64,000 nucleotides of DNA from an uncultured Candidatus Saccharibacteria bacterium (lineage in GTDB: Bacteria; Patescibacteriota; Minisyncoccia; Phycocordibacterales; EsbW-18), in contig CAYZIR010000004.1 in NCBI GenBank assembly GCA_964478705.1, forward strand, positions 2,905-66,904. The letters run 5' to 3'. How positions within the stretch are numbered: the first letter of the stretch is position 1; each line of letters starts with the position of its first letter. Shown here in pieces: positions 39,273 to 48,418 of the stretch. The notes below the pieces were generated by a model that ran no database searches, had not been told where the DNA came from, and was given only the letters and a program-made list of their open reading frames with translations. The position numbers and the translations under genes are program-made.

Positions 39273-39300
39273 AAAAAATCCCGCTTCGGCGGGGTTTTTT
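39273..39300 (+). terminator. Intrinsic (bidirectional-type) terminator
   Basis: AAAAAATCCCGC-TTCG-GCGGGGTTTTTT. Confidence 0.85.
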
Positions 39301-39357
39301 AATTCCTCAATTTTAAAATCCGTCGTCAAGTACTTTATATGATAGAATATGGTCTCT

Positions 39358-41907
39358 ATGGGCTTTCTGCGCTCACTATTTGGCGACGATACATCACGCT
39401 TTTTGGCAGAAGCGCGCACTATTGTTGATGCGGTAAATAAAAAAGAAGCAATATACCAGGCGTACACCGACAGTGAACTGCGCGAAAGTACCGTGCGTTT
39501 TAAGGAACGGCTTGGTGCCGGCGAAACACTCGATGATATTCTTCCTGATGCGTTCGCTGCTGTTCGCGAAGCATCTCGACGTACGCTGGGACAGCGTCAT
39601 TACGATGTTCAGCTGATTGGTGGTCTCGCATTACATCGAAACAAGATTGCTGAAATGCGCACCGGAGAAGGAAAGACGTTGGTTGCGACACTCCCTGCAT
39701 ATTTGAACGCGCTCACAGAAAAAGGTGTACATATCATCACGGTGAACGATTACCTCGCTCGGCGTGACGCAACATGGATGGGACAAATTTACGCTTTTCT
39801 CGGATTGTCGGTTGCCGTGATTAACAGTCAGAGTCAATCGTATGTCTACGATCCTGCGCACCTTCCTTCATCAGAGACCGAATCGGCAGATCGAGAACGC
39901 GATGCACTAGGTTCATTCCGTGTTGTGTACGAATTTTTGCGACCATGTAGCAAGCATGACGCATATCGAGCCGATATTACCTACGGAACCAACAGTGAGT
40001 TCGGATTTGACTATTTGCGAGATAATACCGTCTATCGTGAAAGTGATCTTGCTCAACGAACCGACAATGAAGGAGGGCACACCTACGCACTTGTGGACGA
40101 AATCGACTCGATTCTTATCGATGAAGCCCGTACTCCACTCATTATATCGATGGCGACACGTGATGCAGAGAATCTCTACGAAACGTTCGCCACGATAGCC
40201 ACAAATCTTCGAGAAGGAGAACACTATGAGGTTGATGAGAAGAAAAAGGCGGTACTCTTGACTGAAGCAGGTATTGAACAGGCCGAACAAAAACTTGGTC
40301 TCGATAATATCTACACCGATGCGGGTATCCGGTATGTCCATCACCTTGAAACAGCGGTAAAAGCTAAAGCGCTCTACAAGCGTGATCAGCAATATGTTGT
40401 CCGCGACAACAAAATCGTTATCGTTGACGAATTTACCGGTCGTATGCAACCATCGCGCCGATGGTCTGAAGGGTTGCATCAGGCTATCGAAGCAAAAGAA
40501 GGTGTCTTAATTCAAGAAGAATCAAGAACATTTGCCTCAATCACATACCAAAACTACTTCAGACTCTACAGCAAACTCGCTGGTATGACCGGAACCGCGC
40601 GCACAAGCGCAGAAGAATTCTATAAAGTGTATGGTCTTGAGGTTATCGAAATACCAACGCACCGAAGTATTGCTCGAAAAGACTCTAATGACCTTATCTA
40701 TCAAACAGAAAAAGGAAAATTTGCTGCGGTTGCAAAAAAAGTGAAGGAGCTTCACGAGAAAGGTCAGCCAGTGTTGCTTGGTACGGTCTCCATTGATAAA
40801 AATGAATTATTGTCACTCCATCTTCGTAGCGAAGGGATACCGCACACGGTGTTGAATGCTAAAAATCACGAGCAAGAAGGAGAAATCATTGCAGAGGCAG
40901 GAAAGCGCGGTGCGGTGACGGTTGCGACCAACATGGCGGGGCGCGGTGTCGACATTAAACTCGGGGGTGTGTCTGCCACACCAGAAGAGTACGAAGCCAT
41001 TAAATCCTTGGGCGGGCTCTTTGTGATTGGTACCGAACGTCATGAAGCGCGCCGTATCGACGAACAGCTCCGCGGGCGTTCAGGACGTCAGGGTGATCCC
41101 GGAGAAACACAGTTCTTCGTTTCACTTGAAGACTCATTGATGCGAGTATTCGCATCTGACACAGTAAAATCGATGATGGGTCGATTGGGGATACCGGAAG
41201 ATATGCCAATTGAGAACCGTTTGATTAATCGCTCGCTCGAGTCAGCTCAAAAGAAGATTGAAGGTCTCCATTTTGACGCGCGAAAACACGTTCTTGAGTT
41301 TGACGACGTATTGAATACACAACGTGGGAGTGTATATAGTCAGCGTCGTCAATTGCTCTCTGGGAAACACGAAGATGTCATGCGTGTTTTTAAAGAAATG
41401 ACTGAAGATAATGTAGATATGGCTGACCTTATAGAAAAGAAGCGTCTTGAAATGGGAGATGAAGCATTTTTTGAGAGCGTGCGACGTTTGATATTACAAA
41501 CAATCGATATGTTTTGGGTCGAGCACCTTGAGCTTATGGACTATACGCGCTCAAGCGTGTCACTGCGCGCCTATGGACAGCGTGATCCGTTGGTTGAATA
41601 CAGACGAGAAGGGCTTCGTTTGTTCCGTGATATGCAATCTGCGATTCGTGCACATGTACAATCATTAATTCCAAACATAAATCCCACTGCTCTGTCACGA
41701 GATGAAGAACGTCTTCGTAAAGAACACGAACGGTTGAAGGCGATTAGCTCTGGTGAGTCAGAAAAGGTGACGCCGGTTGTGCGTCTTGGTAGTACGTTTG
41801 GTCGGAATGATATGGTCACTATTACCAACGGCACTGACACACAGGTCGTGAAGTACAAGAAAGCAGAACACTTGCTTGAAAGTGGTGAGTGGAAAATTGT
41901 TTCCTAA
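39358..41907 (+). CDS. secA: Preprotein translocase ATPase SecA
   Basis: EMRTGEGKTL, TVNDYLA, VDEIDSILIDEARTPLIIS, ATNMAGRG.DI, RGRSGRQGDPG. Confidence 0.98.
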   Translation: MGFLRSLFGDDTSRFLAEARTIVDAVNKKEAIYQAYTDSELRESTVRFKERLGAGETLDDILPDAFAAVREASRRTLGQRHYDVQLIGGLALHRNKIAEMRTGEGKTLVATLPAYLNALTEKGVHIITVNDYLARRDATWMGQIYAFLGLSVAVINSQSQSYVYDPAHLPSSETESADRERDALGSFRVVYEFLRPCSKHDAYRADITYGTNSEFGFDYLRDNTVYRESDLAQRTDNEGGHTYALVDEIDSILIDEARTPLIISMATRDAENLYETFATIATNLREGEHYEVDEKKKAVLLTEAGIEQAEQKLGLDNIYTDAGIRYVHHLETAVKAKALYKRDQQYVVRDNKIVIVDEFTGRMQPSRRWSEGLHQAIEAKEGVLIQEESRTFASITYQNYFRLYSKLAGMTGTARTSAEEFYKVYGLEVIEIPTHRSIARKDSNDLIYQTEKGKFAAVAKKVKELHEKGQPVLLGTVSIDKNELLSLHLRSEGIPHTVLNAKNHEQEGEIIAEAGKRGAVTVATNMAGRGVDIKLGGVSATPEEYEAIKSLGGLFVIGTERHEARRIDEQLRGRSGRQGDPGETQFFVSLEDSLMRVFASDTVKSMMGRLGIPEDMPIENRLINRSLESAQKKIEGLHFDARKHVLEFDDVLNTQRGSVYSQRRQLLSGKHEDVMRVFKEMTEDNVDMADLIEKKRLEMGDEAFFESVRRLILQTIDMFWVEHLELMDYTRSSVSLRAYGQRDPLVEYRREGLRLFRDMQSAIRAHVQSLIPNINPTALSRDEERLRKEHERLKAISSGESEKVTPVVRLGSTFGRNDMVTITNGTDTQVVKYKKAEHLLESGEWKIVS

Positions 41908-41914
41908 CGCATCC

Positions 41915-42574
41915 ATGATTGAACACCTCATAACCTCGATCCAGGTTTTTGCACTGTCATGGGGTGCGTGGGGTGTTTTTGGCCTCGCGTTTCTTCAAGA
42001 AATCATTCCACCAATACCCTCAACCTTAGTGACGGTCGCAAGCGGTTTTCTGTTTCTTGAGAACGCACCAATCACAGGTGCATCAATACTTAATCTCTTT
42101 TTGATGGTAGGCCTTCCGATTGCAGGAGGACTGACCATCGGTGCAATGATTGTGTACGGGATTGTGTATGTCGGGGGAAGACCGCTCGTGCGACGATACG
42201 GCCATTTGATTGGAACGTCAGAAGAAGATATTGAGCGGCTTCACACGCGCATGAAAGGTACAACGAATGACGAGGTGATTCTCTTCGCACTTCGCGCGTT
42301 TCCGTTGACCCCGAGCATTCTTTTAAACGTTTTTGCTGGTATCGTTCGATGGAATCCACTTTCATTCCTTATTTCAACCTTTTTTGGAACGATTATCCGA
42401 GCGATGTGGTCTGGCTTTATCGGATGGCAACTCGGTGCCGTATATGTCCACTATGCGGATTTTATAGAACAAGGTCAGACACTTGTCTTGTTTATTGCAC
42501 TCGGCCTCCTTGTTTTATTCTTCTACCGTCGTCGGCAGAAGATGCGCTACAATAAAGGTATTGTTCAGCCCTAA
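41915..42574 (+). CDS. DedA/VTT-domain membrane protein
   Basis: EIIPPIPS, GGR.L..RYG, R.FP..P; TM helices. Confidence 0.85.
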   Translation: MIEHLITSIQVFALSWGAWGVFGLAFLQEIIPPIPSTLVTVASGFLFLENAPITGASILNLFLMVGLPIAGGLTIGAMIVYGIVYVGGRPLVRRYGHLIGTSEEDIERLHTRMKGTTNDEVILFALRAFPLTPSILLNVFAGIVRWNPLSFLISTFFGTIIRAMWSGFIGWQLGAVYVHYADFIEQGQTLVLFIALGLLVLFFYRRRQKMRYNKGIVQP

Positions 42575-42583
42575 TAATTTTAT

Positions 42584-42928
42584 ATGAAACTCATCTTTCG
42601 ACTTCTCGTGAACGCCCTTGCGATTCTTGCGGTCGCATATTTCGTACCAGGCGTTATGGTCGCCTCGTTTACCACCGCGCTCATCGTTGCATTGGTACTC
42701 GGACTCCTCAACGTTATCATCAAACCAATTCTTTTGATTTTGACTCTTCCAATCACCATTTTGACACTCGGACTCTTCACGTTGGTCATCAATGCGCTCC
42801 TCTTTTGGTTTGCATCAACATTCATCAGTGGGTTTAGCGTTTCAGGATTCGGCCCAGCATTCTTCGGTGCGTTGATCGTCTCTGCGGTCAACTTCTTCGC
42901 GCACCGACTCATTGCAGATAAAGACTAA
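42584..42928 (+). CDS. YvlD-like 4-TM membrane protein (phage_holin_4_2 family)
   Basis: LGLLN..IKPIL..LTLPITILTLGLFTLVINA. Confidence 0.9.
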   Translation: MKLIFRLLVNALAILAVAYFVPGVMVASFTTALIVALVLGLLNVIIKPILLILTLPITILTLGLFTLVINALLFWFASTFISGFSVSGFGPAFFGALIVSAVNFFAHRLIADKD

Positions 42929-42932
42929 AAGA

Positions 42933-43838
42933 ATGAGCAAAAAACGGATTGTCACCCATAGCGATGGATTCCACGCCGATGATGTATTCGGTGTCGCGGC
43001 GCTCACACTTCTTCTTGGAAAAGAAAATATTGAAGTCATTCGTAGCCGTGACCAAGAAATTATTGACTCGGGTGACTACGTCCTTGATACAGGCTATGTG
43101 TATGATGCTGACAAGAATAAATTCGATCATCATCAAAAAGGAGGTGCAGGTTCACGTGACAACGGTATTCCATATGCAGCGTTTGGTTTGATTTGGAAGA
43201 AATTCGGTATAGAGATTGCCGGTTCATCAAAAATAGCTGACCAGATTGAACGAGATCTCGTGGAACCTATTGATGCCTTCGACAATGGGGTAGTGTTGTA
43301 TCAATCAACTCACCCATCGGGGGTTCAGCCATTGCTTCTTCAGTATGTTCTTTTTGCCTTTGAACCAGCGCGTGGGGAATCCAAAGATCAAGATGAATCG
43401 TTTTTTGAAGCTGTTGCGTTCGCTCAACATCTTCTTAAACGAAAAATCATTCACGCAAAGGCAGAAGATGAAGCGGAAAGTATTGTTAGATCATCCTATG
43501 AAACTGCTTCTGATAAGCGAATTATTCTCGTTGAAGCAACTCCGACTGTTGACCGTGTACCCACAACGTTTGTTCTCATTGAATATCCTGAGCCTCTATT
43601 CTTCATTCGTCAGCACGAAAATGCTAATTGGCAGGTCGTTGCGATACCTGTGAGCAAAGAGAATTTCTTTACTCAGAGAAAACCTTTTCCAGAAGCATGG
43701 GGTGGTTTAGGTAATGAGGAGCTTGCACGTGTCACTGGTGTCCCAGATTCGATTTTTTGTCATAAAGGGCGCTTCATGGCTGTTGCACAGTCGAAAGAAG
43801 GCGCGCTCGCGCTCGCGAGACTGGCACTCGAAGCGTAG
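42933..43838 (+). CDS. MYG1-family (DHH-type) exonuclease
   Basis: THSDGFHADDV, FDHHQ, GLIWK.FG, IDAFDNG, FCH.GRF. Confidence 0.92.
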   Translation: MSKKRIVTHSDGFHADDVFGVAALTLLLGKENIEVIRSRDQEIIDSGDYVLDTGYVYDADKNKFDHHQKGGAGSRDNGIPYAAFGLIWKKFGIEIAGSSKIADQIERDLVEPIDAFDNGVVLYQSTHPSGVQPLLLQYVLFAFEPARGESKDQDESFFEAVAFAQHLLKRKIIHAKAEDEAESIVRSSYETASDKRIILVEATPTVDRVPTTFVLIEYPEPLFFIRQHENANWQVVAIPVSKENFFTQRKPFPEAWGGLGNEELARVTGVPDSIFCHKGRFMAVAQSKEGALALARLALEA

Positions 43839-43856
43839 TGATGGTATAGTTTCCCC

Positions 43857-44119
43857 GGACAGTTCTTCTGGACAACAGAGAGGACGGCGCTTGAGGATTG
43901 GCAACCTCGCTTCGGTGTAGGTGTCGCACCTACGACCAACGTCTCTGACACATACTCACGCCCCCAGCTTCGCATGGCGATGCTCCTGGGTTTGTGGCCG
44001 AAACTAACCCCGTCGGTTCCCGACGGGAATCGGTCTGTTGTTGAGTAGTTGAGTATGCGCGTTGTCAGGATCCTGAGCCACCGGGCCAAGGATTTCTTCC
44101 AAGTCTAGAGGAGCTGTCC
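43857..44119 (+). ncRNA. Unassigned structured RNA 1 (~263 nt)
   Basis: TGgTATAGT ends 7 nt upstream; 17-bp 5'/3' closing stem; several internal stems; terminator follows. Confidence 0.7.
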
Positions 44120-44134
44120 AACTCCTCAAATTTT

Positions 44135-44170
44135 ACGCCCGCGCGAAATCTGCGCGGCGTTTTCTTTTTC
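44135..44170 (+). terminator. Intrinsic terminator of RNA 1
   Basis: ACGCCCGCGCG/TGCGCGGCGT hairpin plus T-rich tail. Confidence 0.7.
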
Positions 44171-44219
44171 TTCATTCGCTTCTTCGCGCTCAATGCTATA
44201 AGCTACATGCTATACGACT

Positions 44220-45206
44220 ATGACCTCATTCGTTGATGAACTAAAACTCCATGCATCTGCTGGTAAGGGTGGCGACGGCGTCGTTCGCTGGCTTCACGTG
44301 AAAGGCAAAGATCTCTCTGGCCCTGCTGGTGGCGACGGTGGTCGCGGTGGCAACGTTGTTGCGAAAGCGGTACGCGAGTTGACCGCACTCTCAGCATATG
44401 TCCATCACCCAAGCTATAAAGCCGAAGACGGTGGTTCGGGCGGTAGCAAAACCAAAGAAGGGAAAAACGGTGACGATTTTGTATTTGAAGTTCCTATTGG
44501 AACCGTTATCACGAACGATGACACCGGTGAAGATTTTGAGTTACTCGAAGAAGGTCAAACAGCAATGCTTCTTGCGGGAGGTGTTCCAGGGCGGGGCAAT
44601 GTGCATTTCAAAGGTTCAAAGAATACGAGCCCAACACAATTCACGCTCGGAAAGGAAGGTGAGTCAGGTAATTTCCGTTTTGAATTAAAACTCGTCGTTG
44701 ATGTGGGACTTGTCGGTCTTCCAAACGCGGGGAAGTCGAGCCTCTTGAATGCGCTTACAGGGGCGCATGCGAAAGTTGCGAACTATGCATTCACAACCTT
44801 AAACCCGATGCTTGGTGTTCTGTATGGGTATGTTCTTGCTGACATCCCTGGGCTGATCGAAGGTGCAGCGGACGGAAAGGGTCTCGGGCATACATTTCTT
44901 CGTCATGTGACACGCACAAAAACGATTGCACACTGCGTGTCGTTCGAAGAACTCGACATGGTAAAAGCGTACGAGACAGTTCGGGAAGAGCTTACGGCAT
45001 ACAGCAACGTGCTTGCCGAAAAACCAGAGATTGTTATTTGCACAAAATCGGATGTCACCACACCAGCGGAAGTCCAAGAAAGGATGAAAGAATTGTCAGA
45101 GAAATGTGCGATTGACCCTGCGGATATGATTGCGGTCTCCGTTTATGATGACGCATCTATAAAGTCGTTGAGCGATTTTTTGACCGGACGACTAAAAAGT
45201 GTTTAG
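44220..45206 (+). CDS. obgE: GTPase Obg
   Basis: FVDE...AGKGGDG glycine-rich Obg fold, GLPNAGKSS, YAFTTL.P, DIPGLIEGA, GLG..FLRHV, TKSD. Confidence 0.96.
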   Translation: MTSFVDELKLHASAGKGGDGVVRWLHVKGKDLSGPAGGDGGRGGNVVAKAVRELTALSAYVHHPSYKAEDGGSGGSKTKEGKNGDDFVFEVPIGTVITNDDTGEDFELLEEGQTAMLLAGGVPGRGNVHFKGSKNTSPTQFTLGKEGESGNFRFELKLVVDVGLVGLPNAGKSSLLNALTGAHAKVANYAFTTLNPMLGVLYGYVLADIPGLIEGAADGKGLGHTFLRHVTRTKTIAHCVSFEELDMVKAYETVREELTAYSNVLAEKPEIVICTKSDVTTPAEVQERMKELSEKCAIDPADMIAVSVYDDASIKSLSDFLTGRLKSV

Positions 45207-45255
45207 AATTTTCTCACTGTTGTCTTTTTAAGGGAGAGCATTTACTATTTTCGAT

Positions 45256-45625
45256 GGGTGTTCTTCGGCGAGAAAGCAAAAGCGATCCCGTCTTGAAAGA
45301 GGCGGATGAGCCCAAACTCAGGTGGTTGCTAAGGCGGTAAGGCCTATCCACTACGAGGGTTGAGGGAATGGTGCGTTTGTTGTACTTACCGTACACAAGG
45401 GAAGTTACAAAACGCCGGGCGCAAGGAGCCTGACGACTTCCCAGTGCCAACTTGATTCCCGAGTATCTTCATTGTCGCTTCGGCGTATAGTGGAGAGAAT
45501 CAGGGTGCGGAAGATCGAATTCTTTTCCAAGAGGAAACCACCAAAGTTCCTTGTTCTTACTTTGGTGCTGTCTACGACAGAAAAGAGATCGACTTCATCC
45601 AAGGCTAAAGCAACGGAGAACGCCC
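45256..45625 (+). ncRNA. Unassigned structured RNA 2 (~370 nt)
   Basis: TTGTCT-17-TACTAT promoter (45220-45248); 12-bp closing stem; GAAA and UUCG tetraloop hairpins; terminator follows. Confidence 0.72.
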
Positions 45626-45629
45626 ACCT

Positions 45630-45654
45630 GGCCGGTAACCATCCCGGCCTTTTT
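45630..45654 (+). terminator. Intrinsic terminator of RNA 2
   Basis: GGCCGG/CCGGCC stem plus T5. Confidence 0.7.
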
Positions 45655-45694
45655 CTTATCTACGAATTTCTTTCTGTGGCATAATGACAGAATC

Positions 45695-47110
45695 ATGAGT
45701 GAGTACAAGCCAACAATCGGCCTTGAAATACACGTCGAACTGAAGACGCAGACGAAGATGTTCTGCGATTCGAAGAACGACCCAGACGAAAAGGAACCGA
45801 ACGTGAATATCTGTCCGGTGTGCATGGCGCATCCGGGAACGTTGCCAACCATCAACCGAAAAGCGGTTGAACACGTACTTCGTGTCGGTGTTGCGGTCGG
45901 TGGGACGCTCGCAGACTACTCTGAATTCGACCGCAAGAACTATTTCTATCCCGATATTCCGAAAGGCTACCAAATCAGCCAATACGCATATCCATTGGTG
46001 AAAGGTGGCTCGCTTCTCGCGAATGGAAATGAGGTTGCGATAACACGTATCCATCTTGAGGAAGATACCGCCCGTTCACAACACGAGGGTAATCACTCGC
46101 TGATTGATTTTAACCGCGCGGGAGTGCCGTTGATGGAATTGGTAACCGAACCGGTGATTCATGATGCAAAAACCGCAGGCGACTTCGGCCGAGAACTTCA
46201 GCTTCTTCTCCGTACACTCGGTGTATCGGACGCAGATATGGAAAAAGGACACTTGCGCGTCGAAGTAAACATTTCAGTATCAAAAGACGGAACACTCGGA
46301 ACAAAAACCGAAATTAAGAACATCAACTCATTCCGCGCTGCGGAGAAGGCAATTGAATACGAAATTGTTCGCCAGACCGCAGCGCTTGAAGCGGGTGAGG
46401 AAATCGTTCAAGAAACACGCGGATGGGATGACGCAAAAGGTGAAACATTTTCGCAACGAAAAAAGGAATCCTCGCACGATTACCGCTACTTCCCAGATCC
46501 TGACCTGCCAAAGATGAAGATTTCTGACATTCCTGAATGGAGCGTCGAACGTTTGCGCGATACGCTTCCCGAACTTCCTGCACAAAAGCGTGAACGACTT
46601 TCTGCTCTTGGTTTGAACAAAGATCAAGTCGAGCTTTTTGTCTCTGACTTTTCAGTCGGAACATACTTTGACGCGGTGTCACAAGAGCTCAAAGATGAAG
46701 CTCTCATCAAATCAGCCGGCAATTACATCGCTGCCGACTTGGTTGGGCTTTTGTCCGATTTTTCAACAAATAAAATAGCTCCAGAAATCTTTGCGAAGCT
46801 GATCCGTATGACAGCAGATGGAACACTTTCCTCACGTGGTGCAAAAGATGTGCTCGCGGTTTTGGTCACAGAAGGCGGAGAGCCAGAAGAAATCGCAAAG
46901 CGTTTGGGCGTAATCCAAGAAAATGATATCGAAGCAATTCGAGCAATCGTAAAACAAATCATCAATGAAAACCCGAAAGTTGTTGCTGACATCAAGGGTG
47001 GTAAAGAAAACCTCCTCCAGTTTTTGGTAGGGCAGGGAATGAAGATCTCAAAAGGCTCTGCGAATCCAAAGGTCTTGGGCGACTTGATTCGAGAAGAATT
47101 GACAAAATAG
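45695..47110 (+). CDS. gatB: Asp-tRNA(Asn)/Glu-tRNA(Gln) amidotransferase subunit B
   Basis: IGLEIHVEL.T.TKMF, FDRKNYFYPD.PKGYQISQ, HLEED, DFNRAGVPLMELVTEP, DYRYFPDPDL. Confidence 0.97.
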   Translation: MSEYKPTIGLEIHVELKTQTKMFCDSKNDPDEKEPNVNICPVCMAHPGTLPTINRKAVEHVLRVGVAVGGTLADYSEFDRKNYFYPDIPKGYQISQYAYPLVKGGSLLANGNEVAITRIHLEEDTARSQHEGNHSLIDFNRAGVPLMELVTEPVIHDAKTAGDFGRELQLLLRTLGVSDADMEKGHLRVEVNISVSKDGTLGTKTEIKNINSFRAAEKAIEYEIVRQTAALEAGEEIVQETRGWDDAKGETFSQRKKESSHDYRYFPDPDLPKMKISDIPEWSVERLRDTLPELPAQKRERLSALGLNKDQVELFVSDFSVGTYFDAVSQELKDEALIKSAGNYIAADLVGLLSDFSTNKIAPEIFAKLIRMTADGTLSSRGAKDVLAVLVTEGGEPEEIAKRLGVIQENDIEAIRAIVKQIINENPKVVADIKGGKENLLQFLVGQGMKISKGSANPKVLGDLIREELTK

Positions 47111-47206
47111 ATATTTCCTGATATTATTCACGTAGCTTTGTAGAGGGCGTTCGTCATGAGATCTCGGGAACGGGCACTATTAACCCCTAAACCCAAGGAG
47201 GTCGCC

Positions 47207-47602
47207 ATGTCGTGGCTCAAGCCGGTCGCTTCTCGGAGCGACAACAACCCTCACGCGTCGGTCGTCGCATTTCTTGAGCAGGAAGGATTTATCGGACGGG
47301 TGGTGCTCGAGACCCTGAACGGTCTCGACTTCTGCCACTGTCTGTATGACGACTTCGCTCTCGAGGAAGATGAACCACTTCTCGCCTTCATGAATCCCGA
47401 CGAGTATCTTGGCTACGCCAAGCGAATCGTTGCGGAGCTCAAGCAGGTAGAGGAACGGTGGTGGACCGACATCCAAGTCTTGGAAGCTGCGGTACGTGCC
47501 GGGTTCCACTCCGAACAGCTTGCACGGGGATTCATCCGCGAGGAGGATCTTGTGCAGATTGCTCGGCAAGTGATCCAGCAGTACACGGGTGGCCAAGGCT
47601 GA
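47207..47602 (+). CDS. Hypothetical protein
   Basis: SD AAGGAGG; terminator 47610-47637; PDEY..YA..I motif. Confidence 0.65.
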   Translation: MSWLKPVASRSDNNPHASVVAFLEQEGFIGRVVLETLNGLDFCHCLYDDFALEEDEPLLAFMNPDEYLGYAKRIVAELKQVEERWWTDIQVLEAAVRAGFHSEQLARGFIREEDLVQIARQVIQQYTGGQG

Positions 47603-47773
47603 TCCGTTTGAGCTCCGCGCACAGCGGAGCTCTTTTTATACAATCTATTGTCACTTTCCTATTCGTGCGAATTGGAAAGTGATTGACAAAGTTGTATTTT
47701 ATGATATTGTGAACAGCGGACGTTCAAGACAGCGATTGACGCTGTCTTTTGAAATCTTTTGGAAGGAGCAGTC

Positions 47774-48316
47774 ATGAAGAACCGGAGTCTACGCATCTTG
47801 CTCATCCTCCTCGGCCTCACCTTCGCTGTTTCGATCGCCATGGCTGACGAGGTGCAGAAGTGCTCCATCAAGGAGCCACGGCTCGTCGTCAGTTTCGTCA
47901 GTGACGATGCCGAGTCGCCCGTGAACGGAAACGAAGCACAGGGCAACTTCAGCATCATCTTCACGGCGGAGGCCGAGGGAGGACGGCGGTACATCCCGAG
48001 AAGGATGCGCCGGGAGGAGGATTTCCTCATCATGAGGAATCAAGATCCCGTCAATCCCTATCGGTTTCTCGTGTCAGCGTCGTCTACTTTCGACGCGACT
48101 CCGCCCTCAGCATGTGACACGCCGTGGCACTTTTGTGTCGCCGATGGTCAAACACGGTTATTCGCCGTCGGAGTGACACTCGATTATCCCCAGGAGTCCT
48201 CGTATTTCTCGATTCACCTGCGGCGGCTCGACGTCACCGGCAAGGTGAAGTACGAGCCGAACATTCGCGCCTTTGGCACGGATTCGGTTTTCATCAGCCG
48301 TTTCGATTACGACTAG
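47774..48316 (+). CDS. Secreted hypothetical protein
   Basis: TTGACA-16-TATTGT promoter, SD GGAAGGAG, signal peptide ending AMA, terminator 48328-48358. Confidence 0.7.
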   Translation: MKNRSLRILLILLGLTFAVSIAMADEVQKCSIKEPRLVVSFVSDDAESPVNGNEAQGNFSIIFTAEAEGGRRYIPRRMRREEDFLIMRNQDPVNPYRFLVSASSTFDATPPSACDTPWHFCVADGQTRLFAVGVTLDYPQESSYFSIHLRRLDVTGKVKYEPNIRAFGTDSVFISRFDYD

Positions 48317-48418
48317 CCACGCATATCACCGCCGACCCTTCACGGGTCGGCGGTTTTCACATGGTATAATTTCTGCATTACCCTAGTGTTCAACCCTACA
48401 CCCTAATTTTCTATTCTC

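Noticed and set aside
32694-42928. Prophage (S74 fibre plus 'phage holin' family gene)
   Set aside because: No integrase, capsid, terminase or portal; both genes sit among housekeeping genes.
43986-45322. 10-bp pairing between RNA 1 (CCUGGGUUUG) and RNA 2 (CAAACUCAGG)
   Set aside because: It includes a G-U pair, overlaps intramolecular stems and is compatible with chance.
43857-45625. RNase P, tmRNA, SRP RNA or self-splicing intron identity for the two RNAs
   Set aside because: I did not find GAGGAAAGUCC with a matching 3' P4 strand, a tRNA-like T-arm/CCA end, the SRP helix-8 motif, group II domain V or group I P7; neither RNA interrupts a gene. Checked by eye only.
45256-45654. T-box riboswitch for gatB
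   Set aside because: No UGGNACC T-box next to the terminator; the RNA is closed by its own 5'/3' stem, and gatB has a separate -10-like box just upstream.
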